Shown: positions 37,425 through 47,950 of the stretch, piece after piece
Layout: the number at the start of each line of letters is the position of its first letter
How positions within the stretch are numbered: the stretch's first letter is position 1
NCBI GenBank assembly: GCA_040394735.1
Contig: JBEBRR010000007.1
Coordinates: 4,149 to 68,148 of the forward strand
Origin: Leadbetterella byssophila
GTDB lineage: Bacteria > Bacteroidota > Bacteroidia > Cytophagales > Spirosomataceae
Length of the DNA stretch: 64,000 nucleotides
Direction of reading: 5' to 3'
Notes under the pieces: generated by a model
Told to the model about the DNA's origin: nothing
Database searches by the model: none
The model's input: the letters and a program-made list of their open reading frames with translations, nothing else
Program-made: the position numbers and the translations under genes

Positions 37425-40079
37425 ATGATGTCGAACGTGGAAAAGCACCGGCTTTTGGAACGGAACGACAACAAAGGATGGAAGAAATGGGGACCCTACC
37501 TGTCAGAACGTCAGTGGGGAACCGTCAGGGAAGATTACAGCCGGAACGGTGACGCATGGAATTATGTAAGCCATGACCTCTCGCGCTCTAAAGCCTATCG
37601 CTGGGGAGAGGACGGCATCGGGGGCATTTCCGATAATAAGCAGCATATATGCCTGGCATTTGCTTTCTGGAACCATAAAGATCCGATTTTGAAGGAAAGG
37701 CTGTTCGGACTGACCAACAACGAGGCCAACCACGGTGAAGACGTCAAGGAATTGTACTATTACCTCGACAGCACCCCCAGCCATTCTTACATGAAGATGC
37801 TCTATAAGTATCCCATATCCGAGTTCCCTTATGACACCCTTAAGGCCGAGAACCGGAAAAGGAGCCGGAACGAAGATGAATATGAGCTGATAGACACGGG
37901 TATTTTTGATAAGAATGAGTATTTTGATATTTTTATCGAATATGCCAAGGCGGAAAAAGACGATATCTGCATCCGCGTTACCGCCCACAACCGCAGCAGT
38001 AAAAATGCCCCGCTTACCTTTCTTCCGACCCTCTGGTTCAGGAATACCTGGTCATGGGGATATAAGGAGTTTGAGAAAAAGCCAATTCTGACCGGCATAT
38101 CGAACAGCCAGATAGAGGTTTACCATCAGTACTTTAACCGGATGAAACTGTACTGCAAAGATGCTGACGAGCTGATCTTTACCGAGAACAATACCAACAA
38201 TAAACGGGTTTACGGCACATCGAATGAAACACCGTATGTGAAAGACGCCTTTCACGAATATATCATCCGGGACAGGAAAGAAGCGGTAAATCCGAATAAG
38301 ATAGGAACCAAGGTTTCGGCGCGGTATAAAAAGATGGTAAAGGCGGGTGACTCAGCCACTATTTGCCTGCGTTTTACCACCAAAACCACGCTGCATAACC
38401 CCTTTGAAGACTTTGATGAGATCTTTGAAGCCCGGAAGCAGGATGCGGAGGATTTTTATGGTATTCTGCAGGAGGATATAAAAGACGCAGAGCTCAGAAC
38501 CATACAGCGCCAGGCTTTTGCCGGAATGCTGTGGACCAAGCAGTTCTATTATTATAACATTAACCAGTGGCTGAAAGGTGATCCCAAAATGCCTTTTGAG
38601 TTCAGGGGGCGTGATTACGAACGGAACGCTTCCTGGCATCATGCCTACATGGCCAATATTCTTTCCATGCCGGATAAATGGGAGTACCCGTGGTTTGCTG
38701 CCTGGGACCTGGCTTTCCATACCGTAACACTGGCCAAGCTGGATCCTGATTTTGCCAAAAGGCAGCTGTCGGTGGTGCTGCGGGAATATTATATGCACCC
38801 TAACGGGCAGATCCCGGCCTATGAATGGAACTTTTCGGATGTGAACCCGCCGGTTCATGCCTGGGCTACCCTCAAAGTGTATGAGCATGACAAGCGCATG
38901 AACGGAGGGAAAGGCGATATCATATTCCTGGAAAGGGTCTTCCATAAGCTGCTGCTGAATTTTACCTGGTGGGTGAACCAGAAAGACGATGACGGCAATA
39001 ACATCTTCGGCGGGGGCTTCCTGGGGCTCGATAATATCGGGGTATTTGACCGGAATGCCCAGATTCCCGGTGTAAAGCTGCAGCAGGCAGATGCCACCGG
39101 CTGGATGGCCATCTATACCCTCAATATGCTGCGTATTGCCATGGAGATTGCGCTGGAGAGACCGGCCTACCAGGATATGGCCTCTAAATTTTTTGAGCAT
39201 TTTCTGCATATTGCGGCAGCCATCAATACGCCGATGGACCAGTCGGGGCTGGGCCTGTGGGATGAAGACGACCAGTTTTATTACGATAAGATCTTTTCGC
39301 ACAATAACCATACGCTGTTTCTCAAGATCCGTTCACTGGTAGGGCTGATTCCGCTCTGTGCCGTAGAGGTGATTGATGATGAAATGCTGGAAAAGCTTCC
39401 GGATTTCAAGCGGCGGCTTGAATGGATACTGGCCAACCGCCCCGACCTGGCGTCGCTGATCTCCCGCTGGTATGAGCCCGGGAAAGGGGAGACCCACCTC
39501 CTGTCGCTCCTGCGGGGGCACCGCATGAAAATGGTATTCAAACGGCTTTTCGATGAAACCGAGTTCCTGTCGGATTACGGTATCCGGTCGCTGTCAAAAT
39601 ACCACCTGGCCCATCCTTACCATTTTAATCTGCATGGCGAACGCCTGACGGTATCTTATACCCCCGGAGAGTCGGATCTATCTATCATGGGCGGGAACTC
39701 CAACTGGCGGGGGCCTATCTGGTTTCCCCTCAATTACCTGATCATCGATTCGCTGCACAAGTATTCGGAATATTACGGAGAGCATTACGAGGTGGAATAC
39801 CCCACGGATTCGGGGGAGATCGTTACCCTGAAGGAGGCGGCGTTCCAGATTTCAGAACGGCTTATAGGCATATTCCGGAAAAAAGACGGGCAAAGGCCTT
39901 TTGCCGGCGGTGCCGGGATCTTTGACAGCGATGAGAATTTTTCAGGAGTTTACCTGTTCAATGAATACTTTCACGGAGATAGCGGGAAAGGACTGGGAGC
40001 CAATCATCAGACCGGCTGGACCGGCCTTGTGGCTGACCTGATCGAGGAGGTCTCGGAGCGGAAGAAGAACGGTAGCTGA
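37425..40079 (+). CDS. MGH1/GH63-like glycoside hydrolase (glucosidase)
   Basis: WGPYLSERQWGTVREDYS, MPDKWEYPWFAAWDLAFH, GFLGLDNIG, NSNWRGPIW, HQTGWTG. Confidence 0.9.
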   Translation: MMSNVEKHRLLERNDNKGWKKWGPYLSERQWGTVREDYSRNGDAWNYVSHDLSRSKAYRWGEDGIGGISDNKQHICLAFAFWNHKDPILKERLFGLTNNEANHGEDVKELYYYLDSTPSHSYMKMLYKYPISEFPYDTLKAENRKRSRNEDEYELIDTGIFDKNEYFDIFIEYAKAEKDDICIRVTAHNRSSKNAPLTFLPTLWFRNTWSWGYKEFEKKPILTGISNSQIEVYHQYFNRMKLYCKDADELIFTENNTNNKRVYGTSNETPYVKDAFHEYIIRDRKEAVNPNKIGTKVSARYKKMVKAGDSATICLRFTTKTTLHNPFEDFDEIFEARKQDAEDFYGILQEDIKDAELRTIQRQAFAGMLWTKQFYYYNINQWLKGDPKMPFEFRGRDYERNASWHHAYMANILSMPDKWEYPWFAAWDLAFHTVTLAKLDPDFAKRQLSVVLREYYMHPNGQIPAYEWNFSDVNPPVHAWATLKVYEHDKRMNGGKGDIIFLERVFHKLLLNFTWWVNQKDDDGNNIFGGGFLGLDNIGVFDRNAQIPGVKLQQADATGWMAIYTLNMLRIAMEIALERPAYQDMASKFFEHFLHIAAAINTPMDQSGLGLWDEDDQFYYDKIFSHNNHTLFLKIRSLVGLIPLCAVEVIDDEMLEKLPDFKRRLEWILANRPDLASLISRWYEPGKGETHLLSLLRGHRMKMVFKRLFDETEFLSDYGIRSLSKYHLAHPYHFNLHGERLTVSYTPGESDLSIMGGNSNWRGPIWFPLNYLIIDSLHKYSEYYGEHYEVEYPTDSGEIVTLKEAAFQISERLIGIFRKKDGQRPFAGGAGIFDSDENFSGVYLFNEYFHGDSGKGLGANHQTGWTGLVADLIEEVSERKKNGS

Positions 40080-40474
40080 CCGGTGCGGAAATGTGCGGCC
40101 CCCAGTGCCGAAACCACTGGTATTGCTAAAATCCACCACCGCACTTCCAGAATATATATATCCGAGGCTGTCGGGGAAGAGGGCAATGGGCTGCTCCGTC
40201 CAGTTGATTATATCAGCACTGGTGGCATGCCCCCAATGCATGAGGCCCCATCTGGTGTTACCCAGGTAGTGCTGGAAAAAGAGATGGTAGCCCCCGTCCT
40301 TGTAAAACCTACCGTTGGGATCATTCATCCATCCCTTTTTTGGGGAAAAATGAAAGGCAGGCCGGTACGGTTCCTGTGCTGTCGCCAGGCCGCTTCATGG
40401 GAGAGGGAAGCTCCAGGCGGCAAGTAAAAGGAATCTGCCTGTACGATAATTTCTGCGTACTGCTGGGTTTTCAT
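40080..40474 (-). pseudogene. Frameshifted, truncated GH32 (levanase/beta-fructosidase) remnant
   Basis: EPYRPAFHFSPKKGWMNDPNG...MHWGHATS...YSGSAVVD. This frame has an upstream in-frame TGA and is out of frame with the coupled ATG at 40474. Similarity ends near the glucosidase stop. Confidence 0.85.
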
Positions 40475-41814
40475 CAGCGTGGCGATTCTATAAATTCGCT
40501 TTCAATGTCTTCCAGCGTACGTCCTTTGGTTTCCGGCATTTTAAAGAGCACCCAAAGCAGCTGTAAAACCATCATCAGCATGAAGAACAGGAAGATCATG
40601 GCAGGGCCGATGACCGGGTTATTGGCAAAAAGCGGAAATAACCCGGTCACCACGGCGGCCATAATCCAGTGCACAGAGCTGCCCAGCGACTGCCCGTAAG
40701 AGCGGACCTGGTTGGGAAATATTTCCGATATGAAAACCCATATGACGGCGCCCTGCCCTATGGCGTGAGAGGCAATGAAGACAAACAGGAGCGCCGGTAC
40801 CATAAACCCGCCGGCGTATTCGTAATGAAAGCATGCTGCCACGGCCCCCAGGGAAACAATATAGCCCAGGGAACCGATGAGCATGAGCTTTTTTCTGCCC
40901 ATACGGTCAATCAGGTAGAGCCCCAGCATGGTAAAGACCAGGTTGACCAGTCCCACACCCGTACTTTGCAGAAAAGCCGCATCCTTGGCAAGCCCGGCCA
41001 TTTCAAAAACCCGTGGTGCGAAATAAATGACCGCATTGATACCCGAAAGCTGGTTGAACACGGCGATGAGGATGGCCATAATGATAGGAATCCTGAAACG
41101 TCTGCTAAAAAAGACGGAAAGTCCGGCCTTGCGGCTTTCTTCATTGATGGCCCGGTGGATGGCTGCGATGGCTTCGTCCACCCCTTCCGGATCAGATACC
41201 TCCAGGATATTCCGGGCCCGGGTATAGTCGTTCTGGTGGACCATCAGCCAGCGCGGACTTTCTGGAACAAAATACATGAGTACCGTAAACAGTACAGAAG
41301 GAACCGCAAGCGTGGCCAGCATCCACCGCCAGGCGTCGTCTCCCGTTCCGCTGAGGAGGTAGTTAACCAGGTAGGCCAGGAGGATACCCAACACAATATT
41401 GAATTGAAAAGTGGCTACCAGCATGCCCCGGGTTTTGGCGGGAGCCAGCTCGGAAATAAACATGGGGGCCACTACGGAAGAAGCGCCAACCCCCAGGCCG
41501 CCCAGGAACCTGAACAGCATAAATGAAACCACGCCGGGGGCAAAAGCCGAGCCGATGGCCGATATAAGAAAGAGTATGCCTATCCAAATCAGTATTTTTT
41601 TTCGACCATATTTTTCGGCAGGGATCCCTCCGAAGAGCGCACCGATGATGGTGCCGTAAAGCGCGGCGGCCAGCGCCTGCCCGTGCAATACATCGCTCAG
41701 GTTCCACAGCGCCTGGATCTGTTGTTCCGCTCCTGAAATCACGGCCACGTCCATACCGAAAAGCAGACCTCCCAATGCGATCACCACGCACCAAAAGATA
41801 AGTTTTTTATTCAT
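40474..41814 (-). CDS. Sugar porter family MFS transporter
   Basis: GGLLFGMD, YGRK, PESPRWL, NQLSGIN, DRMGRK, EIFP, PETKG. Confidence 0.95.
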   Translation of the reverse strand: MNKKLIFWCVVIALGGLLFGMDVAVISGAEQQIQALWNLSDVLHGQALAAALYGTIIGALFGGIPAEKYGRKKILIWIGILFLISAIGSAFAPGVVSFMLFRFLGGLGVGASSVVAPMFISELAPAKTRGMLVATFQFNIVLGILLAYLVNYLLSGTGDDAWRWMLATLAVPSVLFTVLMYFVPESPRWLMVHQNDYTRARNILEVSDPEGVDEAIAAIHRAINEESRKAGLSVFFSRRFRIPIIMAILIAVFNQLSGINAVIYFAPRVFEMAGLAKDAAFLQSTGVGLVNLVFTMLGLYLIDRMGRKKLMLIGSLGYIVSLGAVAACFHYEYAGGFMVPALLFVFIASHAIGQGAVIWVFISEIFPNQVRSYGQSLGSSVHWIMAAVVTGLFPLFANNPVIGPAMIFLFFMLMMVLQLLWVLFKMPETKGRTLEDIESEFIESPR

Positions 41815-41903
41815 AGTTAAATAGATGTTTTGTGTGCAATTTAGACAGGATTTAACAATAAAGTGGTTCAGCCGCGTTTCATTACCGGATTTTTTGGAAA
41901 GTA

Positions 41904-43346
41904 TCAGCGGGATACGGGATCCGTCCAGCCTCCGCCCAGCTTCCGGTACAGCTCAATATTGGCGGTCAGGATATCCAGCCGGATGTTGTAAAGGTCTATT
42001 TCGTTATTCAATGCGTTGCTTTGGGCGCTGATCACTTCCAGGTAGTTGGCCATACCGCTTTTAAAAAGCAGGGAGGCATTCTGCACCGCCGTTTTTGCAT
42101 TGGCGATCCGTTCTTTGGCAATCTGGTATTCTTCTTCCAGCTTCTCAATATTATTGACCTCATCGGAGACCTCCCGCACGGCACGCAGGAGGGTGGCCCG
42201 GAAGGCGTCATTTACCTTCTCTTTTTCTATTTCCGCGATATTCAGCGCGGTTTTCAGCTTCCGGTTTTGAAAGAGAGGCTGCAGAAGCGAGGCCGAAAAG
42301 GTGGAAAAAAGCGAGCCCATGGGGTTAAACAGGGCACCGAAAACCTGGGAATCAAAACCCAGCTCGGATTCGAGCGCCAGGGTGGGGTAGCGTTCAGCCC
42401 GGGCAACGTCCGCATCGGCATAAGCCGCCAGCAGATCATATTCTGCCGCCACCACATCCGGGCGGTTCCGGAGGAGATCCATAGGGGTCCCGGTAAAAAC
42501 GTTGTCGGAAAAATGCACTTCTTCCAGCTTCTGACCACGCTCGATTTTGCCGGGGTATTGTCCCATCAGACTTTTCAGGTAGTTTTCTTCCTGCACGATT
42601 TCCCGTTTGATCTTGGGGATCAGGGAAGTGGCTGTCAGCAGCTGGTTCTCGGTTTGCTGGATGGCCAGGGAGGTCACCATGCCTGCTTTAAACTGGAGGC
42701 GTGTAAGATTCAGGGTGTTCTGGGTGAGCTCCAGGTTGGTATTGGCCACCTTAAGCTGTTCATCAAGCACCAGGAGGTTATAGTAGCTGATGGCCACTTC
42801 TGCCACGATGGTGGTTTGCAGGGCCTTTAAAGATTCCCTGCCGGCTTCCAGGCGGGCGGCGGTTCCTTCCTGCATGCGTTTCAGTTTTCCCCAGATATCC
42901 GCTTCCCAGGAAGAACGTACAGGGAAAAGGTACTGGCGGCGACTGACAAACATAAAGTCAGGAACCTGCTTATCGCTGTAATACTTTCCGTTAGGCGAGG
43001 AGTAGCGGTTTTTGGAATGATTCTCGCCGTAAAATTCGGGTTGAACCGAAACAGCCGGGAAAAAACTGGCTTTCCGCTGGAACAGCTGTTCTTCCGCCAT
43101 ACGGATGTCTTTCCCGGCCATGGCCAGGGAAATGTTCTGCTGCAGGGCGGTGTCGATCAGCCGGATGAGGGTGGAATCATTGAAAAAGCGCTTCCAGGAA
43201 ACCCGGGCCACATTCAGGCTGTCTTTGACGGTCTGATTCCTGAAATTATCAGGCAGACCCGCGGTGTCCCGTCTGTAGGGCCTTGAGAGGTTGCAACTGC
43301 TCAGCGTCCAGGCCATACATCCGAAAAACAGGATTTTATACTTCAT
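41904..43346 (-). CDS. RND efflux outer-membrane lipoprotein (NodT/TolC family)
   Basis: LSSC lipobox; SWEADIWGKL, LLRNRPDV, LYRKLGGGW. Confidence 0.93.
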   Translation of the reverse strand: MKYKILFFGCMAWTLSSCNLSRPYRRDTAGLPDNFRNQTVKDSLNVARVSWKRFFNDSTLIRLIDTALQQNISLAMAGKDIRMAEEQLFQRKASFFPAVSVQPEFYGENHSKNRYSSPNGKYYSDKQVPDFMFVSRRQYLFPVRSSWEADIWGKLKRMQEGTAARLEAGRESLKALQTTIVAEVAISYYNLLVLDEQLKVANTNLELTQNTLNLTRLQFKAGMVTSLAIQQTENQLLTATSLIPKIKREIVQEENYLKSLMGQYPGKIERGQKLEEVHFSDNVFTGTPMDLLRNRPDVVAAEYDLLAAYADADVARAERYPTLALESELGFDSQVFGALFNPMGSLFSTFSASLLQPLFQNRKLKTALNIAEIEKEKVNDAFRATLLRAVREVSDEVNNIEKLEEEYQIAKERIANAKTAVQNASLLFKSGMANYLEVISAQSNALNNEIDLYNIRLDILTANIELYRKLGGGWTDPVSR

Positions 43347-46300
43347 TTTTTTCCAGGTTTAAGTGGTTGGCCACCCGGTCATGCAATACCTGGAAAACCA
43401 GATAGAGGAGGGGGATAATAAAGAGCCCTACTAAAATTCCGAAGAGCATTCCGCCGGCAGCGCTGATGCTTACCGATTTATTGCCGATGGCAGACGGCCC
43501 TACCGATACCATCAGCGGAAGAAGGCCGGCCACAAAGGCCAGCGAGGTCATGATGATAGGTCTCAGCCGCAGGCGGGCGGCAGTGATGGCAGCTTCCAGG
43601 GCGGTGGCTCCCTGCTTACGGCTCTGGATGCCATATTCCACAATCAGGATGGCGTTTTTGGCCAGGAGACCGATCAGCATGATCAGCCCCACCTGCACAT
43701 AGATATTATTTTCGAGGCCGGCGAGATTAATAAAGACAAACACGCCCAGGATACCTGTGGGGATGGACAGCAGCACGGCCAGCGGGATGATATAGCTTTC
43801 ATATTGGGCGGCCAGCAGGAAGTAAACAAAAATAATGCTCAGCGCAAAGATCAGGGCCGTTTGAGAGCCGGCACCTTTTTCCTCGAGGCTAATGCCCGTC
43901 CATTCGTAGCTGTAGCTGGCAGGTATTTTGCCGGCAGCCAATTTTTCCACGGCTGCGATGGCATCCCCGGAGCTGTAACCCGGTGCAGGCGATGCCTTGA
44001 TGCTGATGCCGTTAAACAGGTTATAACGGGTAACAATCTCAGGGCCGAATACCCGGTTTACCCGGATCAGCGTGTTGATCGGGATCATCTCCCCACGGCT
44101 GTTCTTGACAAAGACCGAGTTCAGTGACCCGGGCTCATCGCGGTACTGAACGTCTGCCTGCATATATACGCGGTACTGGCGCCCGAAACGGTTGAAATCT
44201 CCGGCCTGAACCCGTCCGAAAAGCGACTGCACCGTACGCATCATTTCCCGGGTGTTCACTCCCAGGGCCTTGGCTTTCAGGTAATCAATCGTGATCTCAT
44301 ATTGCGGGAAATCGGCCCGGAAGGAGGTAAATGCATTTTCAATCTCGGGGAGCCGGTTCATTTCCCGTATAAATTCATCTGCCACCTGGCTGAAATTGGA
44401 AAACTCGCCGCCGAGCCGGTCCTGTAAAACCAGCTCTATACCGTCAAAGTCACCGAACCCCTGAACCGTGGGGCGGGCAAAAACCGAAATCCGTGCATCC
44501 GTCACCGTACCCAGCTGCTTGCGGAGATCGTCAATGATTTTATGGATAGATTCCCTTTCGGCAATAGGTTTGAGATTGATGTAGCCCATTCCGAACGAAG
44601 GACTGGTAGAGCCGTCAATCACATTGTAGCCGGAAATACTGTTCACTGAGGCCACGGCTTCGTGCTTCTGGATGATCCGGTCGGCAAGCGTAATGGCTTC
44701 GGTGGTCCGGCTGAGGGATGAACCGGAAGGCATGGCCAGCGAGTAGGTCAGGAAGCTGTCATCTTCGGTAGGAATAAAAGACTTGGGAGTCCTGACAAAC
44801 AGAAAATAGGTGAGAAGGAAGATAATGGCCAGGCCCAGGAAGCTCATTTTTTTATGAACGGTGGTCCAGCGCACAATGCCGATATACCGGTCGGTGAAAG
44901 CCTCAAAGCCATAGTTAAAGCTTTTGAACAGGCGGTCTCTGTAGCGGGCAAAAGCGTTCTTGCCCTCTGATTCTTCGTCACCGGGCTTAAGCAGGAGGGA
45001 ACAGAGCACCGGGCTGAGTGTAAGAGCGTTAATGGCAGAAATAAATACAGCTGCCACCAGGGTATAGGCAAATTGACGGTAGAAAAGACCTACCGGACCT
45101 TCCATAAAACCTACCGGCAGAAACACGGCAGCCATGACCAGCGTAATGGAAATGAGCGCTTTGGAAATCTCGTTCATGGCCTCTACTGTGGCGGGGTAGG
45201 TTTTCATTTTCCTGCTGTGCATTTTGTGATACACGGCCTCCACCACCACGATGGCATCATCTACCACGATCCCGATGGATAAAACGAGGGCAAACATGGT
45301 GAGCACGTTGATGGAGAAACCCATCATATCGAGAAAAAAGAAGGTACCGATAAGCGAAACGGGGATGGCCACGGCAGGGATCAGGGTGGCCCGGTAATTC
45401 TGCAGGAAGATAAAAACAGTAATAAAAACCAGGATGAAGGCTTCAAACAGGGTTTTGATCACCTGGTTGATCGATTCATCGATCTGTTCCCGCACGCTGT
45501 ATGAAATGTCGTAGGAAATACCTTCGGGAAACAGTTTGGCCGTATTTTCCAGCACCTCCCTGACCTTCTGGTCAATGACCTTGGCGTTGGAATTGTTGGT
45601 CTGCGAAACGTTAATGGTAATGCCGGGCCGGGCGTTCACCTTATTGTCAGAACCGTAATTCGAAGAACCGAATTCTATCCGGGCTATGTCTTTCAGGTAC
45701 AGTACGGAGCCGTCCTGGTTGGTCCGGATGGGGATCCGCTCGTATTCTTCCGGTTCGCTGAAGCGTCCTTTATGCTTGAGAACGGCTTCGAAAACTTCGT
45801 AAGAGGCTTCGCCGAATTTCCCGGGGGCGGCTTCAAAGTTCTGTTCCCGGATAGCGCTGACCACCTCCTGGGGAACCAGACCGTATACGGCCAGTTTTTC
45901 CGGGTTAAGCCAGATCCGCATCGAATAATCGCGCCCGCCCAGCAGGGTAGCCTGAGCCACCCCTTCCACCCGCAGAATCTCCCGGATAATATTGATCCGG
46001 GCATACGCCTGAAGGAAAGTTTCATCATAGGGGCCGTCTGCCTTATCGCTGAAGATATTGATGGTCATAATGCTTCCGCTTTGCCTTTTGACCACGGAGA
46101 TCCCGGCTTCATTCACTTCTGCGGGAATTTGGTTAACGGCGCGCGAAATGCTGTTCTGTACATTGACCGCCGCAATATCCGGATCAGTGCCGGGTTTAAA
46201 GAATACGGAAATCGTACCGGATCCTGAGTTGTTGGCGCTGGACTTGATATAGGTCATGTTCTCCACACCGTTTACCGCTTCTTCGAGCGGCAGCAGCACT

Positions 46301-46479
46301 GACTTGGCTACGGTTTCGGCATTTCCACCGGGATAGGAAACACTGATGCTTACACTGGGAGGAGCAATGTCCGGGAAACGGGTTACCGGCAGCCGGGTGA
46401 TGGAAATCAGCCCGGAGATCAGGATCAGCAATGAGATCACCGAAGCAAGTACGGGCCTGCTTAAAATATAGTTAAACAT
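43336..46479 (-). CDS. HAE1-family RND efflux permease
   Basis: RPVLA, FPDIAPP, IGIVVDDAIVVVE, GLLAKNAILIVE, RLRPIIMTS. Confidence 0.96.
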   Translation of the reverse strand: MFNYILSRPVLASVISLLILISGLISITRLPVTRFPDIAPPSVSISVSYPGGNAETVAKSVLLPLEEAVNGVENMTYIKSSANNSGSGTISVFFKPGTDPDIAAVNVQNSISRAVNQIPAEVNEAGISVVKRQSGSIMTINIFSDKADGPYDETFLQAYARINIIREILRVEGVAQATLLGGRDYSMRIWLNPEKLAVYGLVPQEVVSAIREQNFEAAPGKFGEASYEVFEAVLKHKGRFSEPEEYERIPIRTNQDGSVLYLKDIARIEFGSSNYGSDNKVNARPGITINVSQTNNSNAKVIDQKVREVLENTAKLFPEGISYDISYSVREQIDESINQVIKTLFEAFILVFITVFIFLQNYRATLIPAVAIPVSLIGTFFFLDMMGFSINVLTMFALVLSIGIVVDDAIVVVEAVYHKMHSRKMKTYPATVEAMNEISKALISITLVMAAVFLPVGFMEGPVGLFYRQFAYTLVAAVFISAINALTLSPVLCSLLLKPGDEESEGKNAFARYRDRLFKSFNYGFEAFTDRYIGIVRWTTVHKKMSFLGLAIIFLLTYFLFVRTPKSFIPTEDDSFLTYSLAMPSGSSLSRTTEAITLADRIIQKHEAVASVNSISGYNVIDGSTSPSFGMGYINLKPIAERESIHKIIDDLRKQLGTVTDARISVFARPTVQGFGDFDGIELVLQDRLGGEFSNFSQVADEFIREMNRLPEIENAFTSFRADFPQYEITIDYLKAKALGVNTREMMRTVQSLFGRVQAGDFNRFGRQYRVYMQADVQYRDEPGSLNSVFVKNSRGEMIPINTLIRVNRVFGPEIVTRYNLFNGISIKASPAPGYSSGDAIAAVEKLAAGKIPASYSYEWTGISLEEKGAGSQTALIFALSIIFVYFLLAAQYESYIIPLAVLLSIPTGILGVFVFINLAGLENNIYVQVGLIMLIGLLAKNAILIVEYGIQSRKQGATALEAAITAARLRLRPIIMTSLAFVAGLLPLMVSVGPSAIGNKSVSISAAGGMLFGILVGLFIIPLLYLVFQVLHDRVANHLNLEKNEV

Positions 46480-46489
46480 AAGAACGGGT

Positions 46490-47623
46490 TTATCGGATTT
46501 TCTGGCTCAGGATCTGCGTTTCGCTCATAGGGTTTACCCTGACGCCTTCGGTCAGCTTATCCAGTCCTGAAGTGACAATACGGTCATTCTCTTTCAGATT
46601 ATTATCGGATACAATATAGTTTCTGCCTGATTTTCCTTCAATACTGATAAGTACACGTTCTACGGTATTATCACTCTTCAGGCGGAAAACGAAGGTCCGG
46701 TCCTGGATCACGGAAGTGGCCACCTGCGGAATAAGCAGCACATTCGGATGCAGCTGCTCCATCAGGACTTTTCCGGTGTTTCCGGAGCGCAGCAGCTTGT
46801 TCGGGTTAGAGAACGTGGCCCGCAGCGATATGGCTCCGGTAGAACGGTTTACCTGACCGGCATCAGCATCTATGCGGCCGGGCAATTCATAAATGGAGCC
46901 GTCGGCCAGCACCAGTTTCACATTCGGATTGATCTTCCTTGCTGTGGAGTCCTGGCTCATTTTTTTAAAGAAAAGGTAGTCAGACTCACTCATGGTAAAG
47001 TAAACATACACCTCTTCGATATCAGAGAGAACCGTGATGGGCTGACTGTCGTTTTTGGCTACCAGGTTCCCGATTCGCTTGGGAATACGGCCGATATACC
47101 CGTTTACGGGCGCTTTGATGGTGGTAAAGCCCATGTTGATGCGGGCAGTGGCCTCAAGTGCCTGTGCCCGGGCCAGTGAAGCCTTGGCTACTTCGTAGTT
47201 AGACTCTGCCGTTTTCAGCTGCACTTCGGAAATGACCTCGTTATCCACCAGGGGCTGAAGGCGGCTCATTTCAATCTGTGCATTGCGGAGGCGAGCCTTT
47301 TCCACTTCCACATTGGCCAGCGCATTTTTTACCTGTTCCTGGTAAGGAAGCTCATTTATCCTGAAAATAGGCTGTCCGGCCTTTACAAAATCACCTTCAT
47401 CAATATAGATGTTTTCCAGTATACCTTCTACCTGCGGGCGTATCTCCACATTGACCTTTCCTTCTATAGCGCCCAGAAACTCGAAAGTGGTTACGGCAGA
47501 ATCTTTTTTCAGGGTTTTAACGGGTAATGCAAGTCCCAAATCCTCCTTTTCTTCTTCTTTGCATCCCGTGGTCAGAAGAGCGGCAAGGCTACTCCACCAC
47601 AATAGCTTTAAGATTTCTTTCAT
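46490..47623 (-). CDS. RND periplasmic adaptor (MFP) lipoprotein
   Basis: TTGC lipobox; EIRPQVEG, IKAPVNGYIG, LRATFSNP. Confidence 0.94.
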   Translation of the reverse strand: MKEILKLLWWSSLAALLTTGCKEEEKEDLGLALPVKTLKKDSAVTTFEFLGAIEGKVNVEIRPQVEGILENIYIDEGDFVKAGQPIFRINELPYQEQVKNALANVEVEKARLRNAQIEMSRLQPLVDNEVISEVQLKTAESNYEVAKASLARAQALEATARINMGFTTIKAPVNGYIGRIPKRIGNLVAKNDSQPITVLSDIEEVYVYFTMSESDYLFFKKMSQDSTARKINPNVKLVLADGSIYELPGRIDADAGQVNRSTGAISLRATFSNPNKLLRSGNTGKVLMEQLHPNVLLIPQVATSVIQDRTFVFRLKSDNTVERVLISIEGKSGRNYIVSDNNLKENDRIVTSGLDKLTEGVRVNPMSETQILSQKIR

Positions 47624-47798
47624 TCTCCTTTCATTTAAAATAATCCTGACAGAGGGGAGATTCAGGCTTATGTCGTGAAGTAACGATCTATAACAGGTTC
47701 TTTCTGTTTTCTCCGGCCCCCCGGATGGGTTAATTGGTTTTGCAAAGTAAAAGCATTTATCCGGGCCCGGGAAGCTTTTTAACCCGTTGAGCGTCAGT

Positions 47799-47837
47799 TT
47801 TAATGGAAATTTAATTGAAATTAAAATGACCTTAAAA
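47799..47837 (-). promoter_or_regulatory. 11-bp-period direct repeats upstream of RND operon
   Basis: Minus strand reads TTTTAAGGTCA TTTTAATTTCA ATTAAATTTCC ATTAAA. Confidence 0.45.
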
Positions 47838-47950
47838 GACAGGTACGGGACCGGGAGGAGCCCTTAAAACCGCTTTTGTTCACTAATTCCTGAAAGATGT
47901 TGTGTAATCTCGGATTTTGAGAATAATTTTGCCTCCTGAACTTTGCAGCG

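Noticed and set aside
39942-40328. 128-aa ORF as a functional GH32
   Set aside because: It starts inside the WMNDPNG motif, lacks the other catalytic motifs and runs into the antisense of the neighbouring gene; treated as a pseudogene.
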